Positions 9,108 through 18,031 of a DNA stretch of 51,090 nucleotides are shown one piece after another; within the stretch, counting starts at the first letter, position 1; each line of letters begins with the position of its first letter. The DNA is taken from NCBI GenBank assembly GCA_038062975.1, contig JBBTWC010000017.1, forward strand, positions 1 to 51,090. Reading direction: 5' to 3'. The notes under the pieces are model-generated. The model did no database searches. It saw only the letters and a program-made list of their open reading frames with translations, and had not been told where the DNA came from. The position numbers were made by a program, and so were the translations under genes. Source of the stretch: Patescibacteria group bacterium (GTDB lineage: Bacteria > Patescibacteriota > Minisyncoccia > Moranbacterales > UBA1568).

Positions 9108-11933
9108 TTACGGAAGGTATTTAGCAGTAAAGCTTTTCTTACACGTTTTGAGTTTCAGTGGTGGCCCAGCAAAAACAAGTTCTCCTCCTTTTTCACCACC
9201 TTCAGGTCCAAGTTCCAGTACCCAATCGGAAGAAGCAATGACATCAATATTATGTTCTACCACGAGTACCGTATTTCCCTTGTCTACCAAGGCTTCCAGT
9301 ACTTCCAAGAGCCTGCGCACATCTTCAAAGTGCAAACCAATCGTTGGTTCATCAAGGATATAGAGCGTCTTGCCAGTTGATTTTCTCGCAAGCTCGGTCG
9401 CAAGCTTGATACGTTGAGCTTCACCACCAGAAAGATTCGTTGCACTCTGCCCCAGAACCAAGTATCCAAGACCCACTTCTTCAAGTACTCGAAGCTTCTC
9501 TTCAATCAGTGGTTGATCCAAGAAAAATCTCCGAGCATCGGTTACCGTCATTTGGAGTACCTGAGAAATATTCACTCCACGATACTCAATAGAGAGTGTC
9601 TTCGCATTGTAGCGAGTTCCCTGACAGACTTCACACGGCACATACACATCTGGTAACAGGTACATTTCAATCTTCTTCAGTCCCCCACCCTGACAAGCCT
9701 CGCACCGTCCACCACGCATATTAAAAGAAAAATGACTGGCAGAATATTTGTCACGCTCTGCCTCTGGAGTTTCAGCAAACAAATCACGAATAAGACTAAA
9801 GACACCCGTATAGGTTGCTGCATTAGATCGTGGTGTACGCCCAATCGGATCCTGCGTCACAGTAATCACTTTATCAATATTGGAAAGACCTTCAATTTTC
9901 TTGTGCTCCCCTGGTTCCGCTTTGGCATGATAAAAATGCTTCGAAAGAGCTCGCGAAAGAATATCGTGCACCAAAGATGATTTTCCTGATCCCGAAACAC
10001 CTGAGACAGCAACCAGCATTCCGAGGGGAATTTCTACATCAACGTTTTTCAAATTATGCTCTTTAGCACCTGTAATCTTGATCACTTCACCACTCATCTT
10101 GCGTGCCTTTTTCTTTTCAGAAACAGAACGTTTTCCAGAAAGGTACTGTCCCGTCAAAAGCTTGGACTTCATAAGTTCCGAAGAAGTACCCGCGAAAATA
10201 ACTTCGCCACCTTCCACGCCAGCACCCGGACCCATATCAATAACGTAGTCTGCTTTACGCATGATAGCCACATCGTGTTCTACGATCACGAGCGAATTGT
10301 TTCCAGCTCGCAAATCTTCCAATGCATGAATTAATTTTTCAGTATCACGACTATGCAGTCCTACCGAAGGCTCATCGAGAACATAAATAATACCCGAAAG
10401 ACCAGACTTCATCTGAACAGACAGTCGTATACGTTGAGCCTCTCCTCCCGAAAGCGTATCTGCTCCACGGCAAATCTCCAGATACCCAAGACCTACCTTT
10501 TCCACAGCCTGCAATCGTGTTTCCATTTCTCGAAACAAAGGCTCGATCATTTCACGATCTCCTTTTTTCAAAAGTGTATCACGCAATTTTGGAAGAGCGA
10601 GCAAAAGTTTTTCTACACTCTGAATAACCAAATCATTAATCGAAACATTTCCTACCTTTACCGCTAAACTTTCTGGCTTCAAACGTTTTCCAAGACAGGC
10701 TGGACACACCTGGGTCAGCATATAGGCCTCAATCTCTGCACGCAGGTGCTCAGACTTTGTTTCTTTATACTTGCGTTCCAACAAAGCGATCACTCCTGGG
10801 AAGTCACTACTTTTTTCATCTGTCTTTTGTGACAAGCTCTCATTTCCCTCTCCAAACAAAATAGCATCCAGCTGCTTCTTCGAAAGTTTCTTGATTGGAG
10901 TATCCAACGTAAAGCGCATTTTCTTTCCAAGCTCACGAAGCATCTGCATTGGTCCATTCCCATTGGATCGATCGCTATTCATTTTGCTCCACGGACGAAT
11001 AGCTCCTTCCGCGAGAGCCAGATTTTTATTGGGAATAACCAACACTGGGTCAAACTCAAGTGTCACTCCAAGACCAGAACACTTTTTACAAGCACCCTCT
11101 GGACTATTGAAAGAAAAATGACTTGGTGTCGGCTCTGGGAGACGAATATCGCAGTGTTCGCAGTGATATTCTTCGTTATAATCCCACTCTTCACCACTGC
11201 CATTAATCCGTAACGTGAGCGCTCCTTGTCCAACATGAAATGCGGTCTGCAAAGAATCCAAAATACGCTCTTTATCAGGACGATCTTTAGAAAGCACGAG
11301 GCGATCAACGACTACACCGAGCGTTTCATTTGGTTCATCACTCGCCCCAGAAAGTGCTTCTGCAATTGGTTGAATCTCGCCATTTAAAACAACTCGTGGA
11401 TAGCCCCAAGTGCTGATAAGTGAAAGAGCATCTTTTTCGGTCTTGCCGACTAACTGAGGATGATACGCAACAAACACAAGCGGAGTCTCATCAGGAAGCG
11501 TCAAAATTTCATCCAAGATTTGGCGCACTCCTTTGCGCGAAAGTGTTTCACCGCAATTCGGACAATGTGGAACACCAAGCTTGGCGTACAACACACGCAA
11601 GAAATCGTACACTTCAGTCATGGTGCCCACCGTTGAACGCGGACTACGTGATACGCTTTTCTGATCAATAGAAATAGCCGGGGAAAGATTGTGAATCGCA
11701 TCGACATCCGGCTTATCAAAACCATCAAGAAAATTGCGCGCATACGAAGAAAGCGACTCAACATAGCGCCGATTCGCTTCCGCAAAAAGAGTATCAAAAG
11801 CTAAAGATGATTTTCCTGATCCCGAGAGCCCGGTTATAACGACGAGGGAATTTCGTGGGATATCAACATCCACGTTTTTCAAATTGTTTACTCGTGCACC
11901 CCGAATTTCTATGACCGATTTTTTTTCTGGCAT
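9108..11933 (-). CDS. uvrA: Excinuclease ABC subunit A (full-length type with insertion domain)
   Basis: Motifs seen: [14 protein letters not shown], two Walker A sites ([20 protein letters not shown]), LSGGEAQR signatures, CxxC zinc modules. About 100 aa lie between CKKCSGLG and CPACLGKR. The ATG at MPEKK is preferred over the upstream GTG at 11984. Confidence 0.95.
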   Translation of the reverse strand: MPEKKSVIEIRGARVNNLKNVDVDIPRNSLVVITGLSGSGKSSLAFDTLFAEANRRYVESLSSYARNFLDGFDKPDVDAIHNLSPAISIDQKSVSRSPRSTVGTMTEVYDFLRVLYAKLGVPHCPNCGETLSRKGVRQILDEILTLPDETPLVFVAYHPQLVGKTEKDALSLISTWGYPRVVLNGEIQPIAEALSGASDEPNETLGVVVDRLVLSKDRPDKERILDSLQTAFHVGQGALTLRINGSGEEWDYNEEYHCEHCDIRLPEPTPSHFSFNSPEGACKKCSGLGVTLEFDPVLVIPNKNLALAEGAIRPWSKMNSDRSNGNGPMQMLRELGKKMRFTLDTPIKKLSKKQLDAILFGEGNESLSQKTDEKSSDFPGVIALLERKYKETKSEHLRAEIEAYMLTQVCPACLGKRLKPESLAVKVGNVSINDLVIQSVEKLLLALPKLRDTLLKKGDREMIEPLFREMETRLQAVEKVGLGYLEICRGADTLSGGEAQRIRLSVQMKSGLSGIIYVLDEPSVGLHSRDTEKLIHALEDLRAGNNSLVIVEHDVAIMRKADYVIDMGPGAGVEGGEVIFAGTSSELMKSKLLTGQYLSGKRSVSEKKKARKMSGEVIKITGAKEHNLKNVDVEIPLGMLVAVSGVSGSGKSSLVHDILSRALSKHFYHAKAEPGEHKKIEGLSNIDKVITVTQDPIGRTPRSNAATYTGVFSLIRDLFAETPEAERDKYSASHFSFNMRGGRCEACQGGGLKKIEMYLLPDVYVPCEVCQGTRYNAKTLSIEYRGVNISQVLQMTVTDARRFFLDQPLIEEKLRVLEEVGLGYLVLGQSATNLSGGEAQRIKLATELARKSTGKTLYILDEPTIGLHFEDVRRLLEVLEALVDKGNTVLVVEHNIDVIASSDWVLELGPEGGEKGGELVFAGPPLKLKTCKKSFTAKYLP

Positions 11934-12036
11934 ACCCCGTAAAGCTCGTAAGAAAAAAGTAAACAGTTGTCTCCCAGCATACACCCTTTTTCAGCGACTG
12001 TAAATACAGAGGTATCTGTGGATAACCCAAGGGGTA

Positions 12037-13308
12037 TTATGCAGATAGAAATTCCTTCCCCCGACGCTTGCGATGGAACGTAATAGCAAAGCGATGCGCT
12101 TCATTGTTCGCCAAAAGGATCTCTCGCTTAAAACGTTCTCTGAGCGCCTCCGGACCAATGAGGCGTTCCGGTTGATGGCGTTCATTTTTCACCACACCAA
12201 TAATAGGAATGGTGAGTTCTGATCCCAAAAGCGCCTGTTCGGCCACACCAAACTGAAGTTTGGCACCATCCACCACAATAAGTTCTGGCAGTGTCCACTC
12301 CGGATGCTGCAACCGACGTTTCAAAATTTCATCGAGCGCAGAAAGATCATTACCATTATGTTCACCGCGCAGTTTAAACTGTCGATACTCACTCGGATTT
12401 GGTCGACCATTTTCTACTACCGTCATCACACCCACACTTGCTGATCCACCAAGATGCGCTACATCATAGGCTTCGATTCGATGTCGCGAGAGTTCACGAA
12501 TATCATCCTTAATAAGCGCCATATCCTGAATGTGCTGAATACCAAACAGTGTTCCTTTTATTTCAGAAGCCCGTTCAAAGTACTGTCCCTTCGCAGCTGC
12601 TTTCATCTCTTTTGTCAGCTGTCGTACCAATGCGCTCTTTCTTCCTTCAAAAAACAATCGGATATGATTAATAGAACGCGCATAGCCTTTAGCCGATACT
12701 TCCGCCATACACACCCCTGGACACAGTCCAATCTGCGCCGAAAAACAAGGTTTTGCTTTCGTCTTTTGTTTCTCGGATAACTCTTCGTATGGCGTACATT
12801 TATCCCGAAAAGGAAAGAGTTTCCGTACAATCTTGAGCGCTTCTTTCAGCCCGCTCCCCGAAGGAAACGGTCCATACATATACTTCACCGGAAATGAAAA
12901 CTTCCCCTGCTCAATATCTCTTCCCCGCACAATCAACACTCGAGGATAGGTTTCCTTTGTAATAACAATCTGATTGTAACTCTTGTCGTCTTTGGCATCA
13001 GAATTATGTATTGGTTGATGCTTCTTGATAAGCTCTGATTCCAACAAGAGAGCTTCCAATACGGAATCCGTTTTCCGGTATCCAATAAAAGTAATCTTTC
13101 CCATCATGAGCTCGATCTTGGGCCCACGAGTTGTTGCGATATCTTGGATAAAATAACTCTTCACTCGATCCCGAAGAGAGGTTGCCTTTCCGATATACAA
13201 AATACTTTTCTGTTCATCCAAGAAAAAATACACTCCCGGAGTTTCCGGCAATGGATTCTTTTTCAGAAATGATTTTAGGCTCACAGCCTTTTCCCACTCA
13301 AACGCCAT
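12037..13308 (-). CDS. uvrC: Excinuclease ABC subunit C, short form lacking the C-terminal (HhH)2 domain
   Basis: It has a GIY-YIG N-terminus (PGVYFFLD..ILYIGKA), a UVR segment (QYFERASEIKGTL) and an endonuclease core (IEAYDVAHLGG ... EAHRFAITFHRKRR). The protein stops at 423 aa. Confidence 0.9.
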   Translation of the reverse strand: MAFEWEKAVSLKSFLKKNPLPETPGVYFFLDEQKSILYIGKATSLRDRVKSYFIQDIATTRGPKIELMMGKITFIGYRKTDSVLEALLLESELIKKHQPIHNSDAKDDKSYNQIVITKETYPRVLIVRGRDIEQGKFSFPVKYMYGPFPSGSGLKEALKIVRKLFPFRDKCTPYEELSEKQKTKAKPCFSAQIGLCPGVCMAEVSAKGYARSINHIRLFFEGRKSALVRQLTKEMKAAAKGQYFERASEIKGTLFGIQHIQDMALIKDDIRELSRHRIEAYDVAHLGGSASVGVMTVVENGRPNPSEYRQFKLRGEHNGNDLSALDEILKRRLQHPEWTLPELIVVDGAKLQFGVAEQALLGSELTIPIIGVVKNERHQPERLIGPEALRERFKREILLANNEAHRFAITFHRKRRGKEFLSA

Positions 13309-13369
13309 ATCAATAACTCTTTTGATACTTCTATTGAATCAGCTCAGGTACGGAAATGCAATTATACTC

Positions 13370-13398
13370 TTGACTTTTATGGTAAAAAGATGTATAAT
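13370..13398 (+). promoter_or_regulatory. Near-consensus sigma70 promoter for the 102-aa ORF
   Basis: TTGACT (13370-13375), 17 nt spacer, TATAAT (13393-13398). A GGAGG RBS lies at 13443-13447, 5 nt before the ATG at 13453. Confidence 0.7.
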
Positions 13399-13452
13399 GC
13401 ATATTAAGTACCTTGACTACCTGTTTTCATCCCCCAGCCTAGGGAGGGCTTT

Positions 13453-13761
13453 ATGCCCCACAAAGAGCTTGAACTTGTCTGCGAAGAAGTTGTCGCGAGC
13501 CTCCGTTCCGATACGAACGAAACGTTCGACTTCTACACCCTCTTCGCGAAAGTCGCCCACAGTCATGGCATCTTCCATGGCACCGACAGACAGCGCTACA
13601 ACTCCTACTTCAGACAGGCCAAGAAAGCCTGTAAAAAGGCTCTCGGCGATCTACGGATGAAGCGAGCGCTCATCAAGAAAGAGCAACGCCCAGCATTCTC
13701 CATCTCTCCTGAGCGGGCCTACGCCATCAATCAGCGCATGAGCGGCGAACGGGACGACTAA
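13453..13761 (+). CDS. Orphan hypothetical protein (102 aa) in GC-rich islet 1
   Basis: It has its own promoter, RBS and terminator. I recognised no motif. It is one of only two plausible + strand genes before 48 kb. Confidence 0.55.
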   Translation: MPHKELELVCEEVVASLRSDTNETFDFYTLFAKVAHSHGIFHGTDRQRYNSYFRQAKKACKKALGDLRMKRALIKKEQRPAFSISPERAYAINQRMSGERDD

Positions 13762-13790
13762 GAACAACAAGGTCCAAAGGACCAAAGGAA

Positions 13791-13830
13791 AAGCGTCGAC
13801 GCGAACACGTGTCTGGCGCTTTTTTCTTTT
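13791..13830 (+). terminator. Rho-independent terminator of the 102-aa ORF
   Basis: AAGCGTCGAC ... GTCTGGCGCTT forms a roughly 10-bp stem with one bulge and two G-U pairs. It is followed by TTTTTCTTTT. Confidence 0.6.
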
Positions 13831-13966
13831 GTAATAAAAAAGGAGATAGGCTACATTGAGCTTCTCTCCAGTTGCGCCAATTTTCGGCGTCTTTCTCAAA
13901 TCTATACTGCTCTTCTTCTGAGAGCTTTCTTATTCTTTCCCCCTCGAAATGTTCGAGGTGTCGGCG

Positions 13967-14374
13967 CTAGTGCCGGAGCCTCTTCTTCGGAGGCAGGCTT
14001 TCGGCCGACTCTTTCACTGCCCGCTTATAGGCCGTCTTGACCAACTGGTCACGGGCGTTCTTGCGGTAGGTCTTGAAGGTGATCCGGCCGTTGTGCGCCT
14101 GAGCGGCGGCGAGGTCGGAAAGGAACGACGAGTCCACCGGAAAGACCTTGTGCGGCTTGCCGTAGTTGTCGAGGAGCCGAACACGGTGGTCCGTCTCTTC
14201 GTCATCCTTGGCGGCCGGCAGGTTCTTCTTGATCCACTCGTAGGCGGCATCGCTCGTCCCCTTGACGAACCAGTTGTCGAGCGCCGAGACCAGACTCAGG
14301 TGAGCCCGGGGACGACGATCTTCTTGGCTCGGGCCACGATCACGCACCCGCAGAGCGGAATTTTGTACCTGCAT
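13967..14374 (-). CDS. Orphan hypothetical protein (135 aa), paralog of 14570..14956
   Basis: AAGGGG lies upstream of the ATG. It shares NWFVKGTSDAAYEWIKKNL / AWFVVPQSDAATIWLRSHL and AAAQAHNGRITFKTYRKN / CRAHQAHAEIRFEIFREE with its neighbour. Differences at conserved residues are synonymous (GAT/GAC, GCC/GCT). Confidence 0.6.
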   Translation of the reverse strand: MQVQNSALRVRDRGPSQEDRRPRAHLSLVSALDNWFVKGTSDAAYEWIKKNLPAAKDDEETDHRVRLLDNYGKPHKVFPVDSSFLSDLAAAQAHNGRITFKTYRKNARDQLVKTAYKRAVKESAESLPPKKRLRH

Positions 14375-14434
14375 TTCTAATAACCCCTTGTTTTGCTTGC
14401 AGAGAATACAAAAAGCGTCCGAAAACGCCTCCTG

Positions 14435-14463
14435 AGAATACCCGAAAGAGTACCCTCTGTCAA
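14435..14463 (-). promoter_or_regulatory. Candidate sigma70 promoter for 13967..14374
   Basis: Minus strand reads TTGACA (14463-14458), 17 nt spacer, TATTCT (14440-14435). Confidence 0.5.
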
Positions 14464-14475
14464 TGTTTTATGGCC

Positions 14476-14517
14476 TAATAAAAGGTTCGAGGGAGAGGCG
14501 CCGTTGGCACCCCTCCC
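14476..14517 (-). terminator. Rho-independent terminator of 14570..14956
   Basis: 12-bp GC-rich stem (GGGAGGGGTGCC / GGCGCCTCTCCC on the minus strand, two G-U pairs) with a 3-nt loop. It is followed by TCGAACCTTTTATT. Confidence 0.6.
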
Positions 14518-14569
14518 TTCTGTCGCTTCCTCTTTCGCTGATCTTTGTCAGCTTTCTTCTTGTGGTCAA

Positions 14570-14956
14570 CTACTGGTTGCAGCCGCAGGCCTGCTGGTAG
14601 GACTTCGGAATGATCGCTCCTCCGGGATGTTCTTCCCGAAAGATTTCGAACCGAATTTCTGCGTGAGCCTGATGAGCCCTGCAGAGTTCGGTCATACGCG
14701 AATCCATCAGACGATAGGCCCGATATTCTCCGCCAGCCTTGTCCCTCTTGGTAACCCGGATATCTTCGCCGGGCTTTTCCTTCAGGTGACTACGCAGCCA
14801 AATAGTAGCGGCGTCGCTCTGCGGAACGACGAACCACGCGAGCTCGGGCGCAACCGCGAGCTTGGCCCGTTTCTGCTTAGCCTTGGATCCAGGAGCCCCC
14901 TGGGTGCGAAGCGAAGCAGTGTTTGTACCACCCTTACGCGCAACTTGGAATTTCAT
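14570..14956 (-). CDS. Orphan hypothetical protein (128 aa from MKFQV), paralog of 13967..14374
   Basis: A GAGGG RBS lies 5 nt before the ATG at 14956. The track ORF extends to a TTG at 14977. The protein ends in ...QQACGCNQ. The 10-nt TATTAGAAAT found upstream of its paralog also occurs here. Confidence 0.6.
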   Translation of the reverse strand: MKFQVARKGGTNTASLRTQGAPGSKAKQKRAKLAVAPELAWFVVPQSDAATIWLRSHLKEKPGEDIRVTKRDKAGGEYRAYRLMDSRMTELCRAHQAHAEIRFEIFREEHPGGAIIPKSYQQACGCNQ

Positions 14957-15003
14957 TTTGCCCTCGCTTATTTCCAAGATTTCTAATACGCATTCCGGAT
15001 GGA

Positions 15004-15034
15004 GTTCCTAGACACTTCACACCTGTCTAGGAAC
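15004..15034. repeat. Perfect 11-bp inverted repeat (hairpin) in the GC-rich non-coding stretch
   Basis: GTTCCTAGACA, then cttcacacc, then TGTCTAGGAAC. Other hairpins lie at 15099-15131 (10 of 11 bp), 15160-15187 and 15232-15250. Confidence 0.85.
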
Positions 15035-15289
15035 CCCGGGTGTTAAGAGCGCCACAGTGCGCGATCATGCGCCAGGCACTCAAAAGGGAAAAGTCTTTCT
15101 TACCTCAGGGTCCCTCGAGTCCTCAGGTAAGCGCGTGCCGTTTTCGACATCGCGAAGAATTGATGGCGAAGATCAGACTTCGATCAATCACCGTGATACC
15201 CATCACAAACCCCTATTCTAAGTTACTCCGAGAAGCCAAACTTCGGCTTCACCCCTATCCTACTCCCAGAGACAAAACTGTCAAACCTC

Positions 15290-16372
15290 TTATTTTCCAA
15301 ACCGACTATGAAAAAAGCTACTCGTACGTTCCATAAAAATTGGCCACTGCGAAGCAAATTCGTGTCCTTCTCCTTGGTACACAAAGTATTCAACATTCTT
15401 TCCTTTAGACTGCAGAAGCTCATAGGTTTCTTGTGACCATTCGATCGGTACATCCTCATCTCGTGTGCCATGATGAATCTGAACCGCTTGATTAATACGA
15501 TCTACATACGCAGTCGCAGAAATTGCGTTCCAGAAATCCGGATTTTCTTCAGGAGCACCGTAGATCCGTCGTATTTGCTCTTCTGTCTCCGGTCGCTCTT
15601 TCATCCAGCGCTCATAGCTGTCCCGGTAATCCATGCTCACAGGCGCATACAACACAAAACCTTTTACCAAATCCGGAAAAGTCACCATAATTGTCTCAGC
15701 AATTCCACCTCCCATAGAGTGTCCCATGATTCCAATATTTTCTTTATCTATATATTCAAGCGAAGAACCTCGAAGAGCATAGATAGCGTTTACAACGTCT
15801 TCTACATATCCGAGCCTCTCTTCGAGAGGGTCTTCATCGGTCTTGGTTGATTGCGCATGATTACGATAGTCGGGATGAAAAACAACGAAACCTTGTTTCG
15901 CAAGATAATCCTGCTCCCTACGCAGCCCTCGGCCGTTGGTATAAATGCTTGTATCAATATGTCCATGAGCAAGAATAAGTACAGGAAACCCTCCCTCTGG
16001 AGGCGTACTTGTCGGCACATTCATAATCCCAGAAAGAGTAAGTTCTCCACCTGTATAGGTAACGTAGTAACGAGTATAGGATGTATTTTTCTCCTGAACC
16101 TCACCAAATACAAGGTCGCGCCCGTCAAACTTCTTTACCGCTAGAAGTCGAAGGGTAAATGACGGAACCTCACCATTCTTCATCGCTCCAGTGATAGTAT
16201 CTTCTGTCTTTTCCGAAACTTCATCCTTCACTGTCTGCTTCCCTATATCTAAGTTTTTATCAAAATTCATCTCACTTTTCGGAGTTTTCTGATCTCGCAT
16301 CAGAAATAATCCAACTGAAAGGAAAACGAAAAGGAACAATACTCCAACAATGATTGTCTGTTGCTTATTCAT
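15290..16372 (-). CDS. Alpha/beta hydrolase, S9/dienelactone-hydrolase-like serine hydrolase with N-terminal anchor
   Basis: Nucleophile elbow GIMGHSMGGG, later HGTRDEDVP and GEGHEF. The N-terminus has a TM/signal segment. Confidence 0.8.
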   Translation of the reverse strand: MNKQQTIIVGVLFLFVFLSVGLFLMRDQKTPKSEMNFDKNLDIGKQTVKDEVSEKTEDTITGAMKNGEVPSFTLRLLAVKKFDGRDLVFGEVQEKNTSYTRYYVTYTGGELTLSGIMNVPTSTPPEGGFPVLILAHGHIDTSIYTNGRGLRREQDYLAKQGFVVFHPDYRNHAQSTKTDEDPLEERLGYVEDVVNAIYALRGSSLEYIDKENIGIMGHSMGGGIAETIMVTFPDLVKGFVLYAPVSMDYRDSYERWMKERPETEEQIRRIYGAPEENPDFWNAISATAYVDRINQAVQIHHGTRDEDVPIEWSQETYELLQSKGKNVEYFVYQGEGHEFASQWPIFMERTSSFFHSRFGK

Positions 16373-16393
16373 ATATCCTTTATACAGGAATAT

Positions 16394-16798
16394 TTATCCA
16401 GTAAGTTTTGCAATCCATTTCACACCAAGAGACACGAGCGCTGTGGCTGATGTTCCCCAGAAAATATCTACTAAAAGAAAACGAAGGGTCCACCCAGAAA
16501 GCGTTGCCATATTGGTCAAGTCATACACCGCATACGAAACAAATCCCAAGAGCGCTCCGTACAAAAGAGCCTGTGGCAATGAGTGAGCTTGTGGTAAAAC
16601 AAAGATCATCACCCCAATCGCCAGAACCACATACGTGAGGACTCCAGCCCACAAACGTATATTCCAGGAACCATCAGGGTGGAGACGAAGGATTGATCCA
16701 AGCTCTGCCTTAAAAAAACTCCCCATAAAACTAAACCAAAAAAGATCGAGGAGGATAAAAAGTACAAAGGCTGCTAAAAAAAGAATCATCGTTTTCAT
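16394..16798 (-). CDS. DUF2177-like integral membrane protein
   Basis: The start is taken at the internal MKTMILFLAAFVLFILLDLFWF. There are four hydrophobic helices, and YAVYDLTN is typical of the family as I recall it. Confidence 0.6.
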   Translation of the reverse strand: MKTMILFLAAFVLFILLDLFWFSFMGSFFKAELGSILRLHPDGSWNIRLWAGVLTYVVLAIGVMIFVLPQAHSLPQALLYGALLGFVSYAVYDLTNMATLSGWTLRFLLVDIFWGTSATALVSLGVKWIAKLTG

Positions 16799-16808
16799 AG
16801 TCTTATAT

Positions 16809-17078
16809 TTACTTTTTACGCTTCTGATACTTCTTCCACCATGATGGATATTCACCAAAGCGAAAACAAAGAAGATCAAACAAAGCCAGTATCGTAATCA
16901 TCCAAGGAGCAAGCGCGATAAGAGTGTCCGTTGCAGAATGTGACCGACTTTCAAAAAAGAAAAAGAGTGAGACCAAAAGAGCGCCGAGTAAAAACGTCGC
17001 GATCACACCGGCAAGCGACGCCGGATAATAGCAAGCAAAATAGTTCCAAAAACGCAGTGGTCGAAACCAGTATTTCAT
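16809..17078 (-). CDS. Small membrane protein
   Basis: The start is taken at MKYWFRP. AAAGGAA lies 7 nt upstream. A TATAAT box at 17097-17102 (minus) overlaps the upstream in-frame ATG, which argues against the longer form. Confidence 0.55.
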   Translation of the reverse strand: MKYWFRPLRFWNYFACYYPASLAGVIATFLLGALLVSLFFFFESRSHSATDTLIALAPWMITILALFDLLCFRFGEYPSWWKKYQKRKK

Positions 17079-17366
17079 ATAAATTCCTTTTTCTGCATTA
17101 TACAACAGAAAAAAGTGGAGTATTTCAAATATGCTATACTATTATCGAAAGCCTTCAGAACGGCGATGATGGTAGTTCACCCTGAGTGAACACCTACCTG
17201 GAACCCACCTGGATATTCAGGGAAAAAAATGAAAAATTTTTTCCGACACTATCATTTTAGGGATCCAAATACATTCGCCTGCATTGAGGGCTTTCTTTAT
17301 ACAAAAAAACTCTCTACAAAAAATCTCCAAACCCGAAAGGGTCTTTTTTTATACATTCTTTATACA

Positions 17367-17406
17367 AAAGTAACATAATTTCTCGATCGAGAAATTATGT
17401 TACTTT
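17367..17406. repeat. Perfect 40-bp palindrome
   Basis: AAAGTAACATAATTTCTCGA|TCGAGAAATTATGTTACTTT. I checked it base by base around the centre at 17386/17387. On the + strand it is followed by CTTTTTT. Confidence 0.95.
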
Positions 17407-17410
17407 CTTT

Positions 17411-17455
17411 TTTAGGTAAAGAAAAGAGCGGGCCTGATGTTTCAGGTCACCGCTC
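17411..17455 (-). terminator. Rho-independent terminator of 17505..17909
   Basis: Nested stem GAGCGG / CCGCTC with inner CCTGA / TCAGG (17426-17455). On the minus strand it is followed by TTTTCTTT. Confidence 0.6.
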
Positions 17456-17504
17456 TCGCAGGTTTGTTGATTCGGCGCATTCGCGCTCTTTTCAAAGAAG
17501 GGCT

Positions 17505-17909
17505 TTACGCCTTGTCGTGGTACAAGACGTGATTGGAATACACAGCCGGGAAAAAGAAGATCTCGTGCTCCCAGATCAGCGAATCTTCGGCGGTGCAGTC
17601 CTGACTCGTAAAGCCATAACGGCCGATCAGGATGAGGAAGTCTTCGAGGTTCAACCTCTCTACATCACCAGACGGCATTCTCGCGAACTGATCGGTCACG
17701 AAAACAGTCGGCGGGTCGCCTTGAGCGATACTCCGCGCGAGCACATCTTCGAACTCGACCAGATTGGTGCAGAAATCGATTTGCGTGTCTGGAAGCCTTT
17801 CATCGACCTCAACCAGGAAATGCATCCTGGCCTCTCCATAGCAACCGCGACCGGTATGCCAATGCGGGAGACCAAACAAGAACAACATACGTACCCTCTT
17901 CGTCATCAA
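17505..17909 (-). CDS. Orphan hypothetical protein (134 aa), member A of a 3-member paralog family
   Basis: A GAGGGAAGG RBS lies upstream. It shares RMLFLFGLPHW and GDPPTVFVTDQF with 21008..21397 and 21431..21907. The sequence is GC-rich (32/60 G+C at 17641-17700). Confidence 0.6.
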   Translation of the reverse strand: MMTKRVRMLFLFGLPHWHTGRGCYGEARMHFLVEVDERLPDTQIDFCTNLVEFEDVLARSIAQGDPPTVFVTDQFARMPSGDVERLNLEDFLILIGRYGFTSQDCTAEDSLIWEHEIFFFPAVYSNHVLYHDKA

Positions 17910-17983
17910 GTACCTTCCCTCTTCTATATTTTGTCAACGAAACTAGGCTCTTATGGTGACACGAAATGATTAAAAAGTCAATA

Positions 17984-18013
17984 CAAAAAACACCTCCCTC
18001 GAAAGGAAGGTGT
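17984..18013 (-). terminator. Rho-independent terminator of the cold-shock gene
   Basis: Minus strand reads ACACCTTCC, tttcga, GGGAGGTGT, then TTTTTTG. Confidence 0.7.
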
Positions 18014-18031
18014 TTCTTAAAAGACGAGAGA

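Noticed and set aside
14426-14460. CTGAGA-containing segment that superficially recalls a TPP riboswitch core
   Set aside because: The other conserved TPP elements are absent. The segment overlaps the predicted promoter of 13967..14374 on the other strand.
13949-14986. Long + strand ORFs (13949..14380, 14393..14986) and an extra minus-frame ORF (14014..14250) overlapping the paralog pair
   Set aside because: They have no RBS and Pro/Arg/Ser-rich, low-information translations. They are the expected stop-poor antisense or off-frames of GC-rich coding sequence. The minus-strand paralogs have RBSs and synonymous-site divergence.
17397-17969. 190-aa + strand ORF covering gene A
   Set aside because: It starts inside the 40-bp palindrome, has no RBS, and is antisense to an ORF that has an RBS, a terminator and paralogs.
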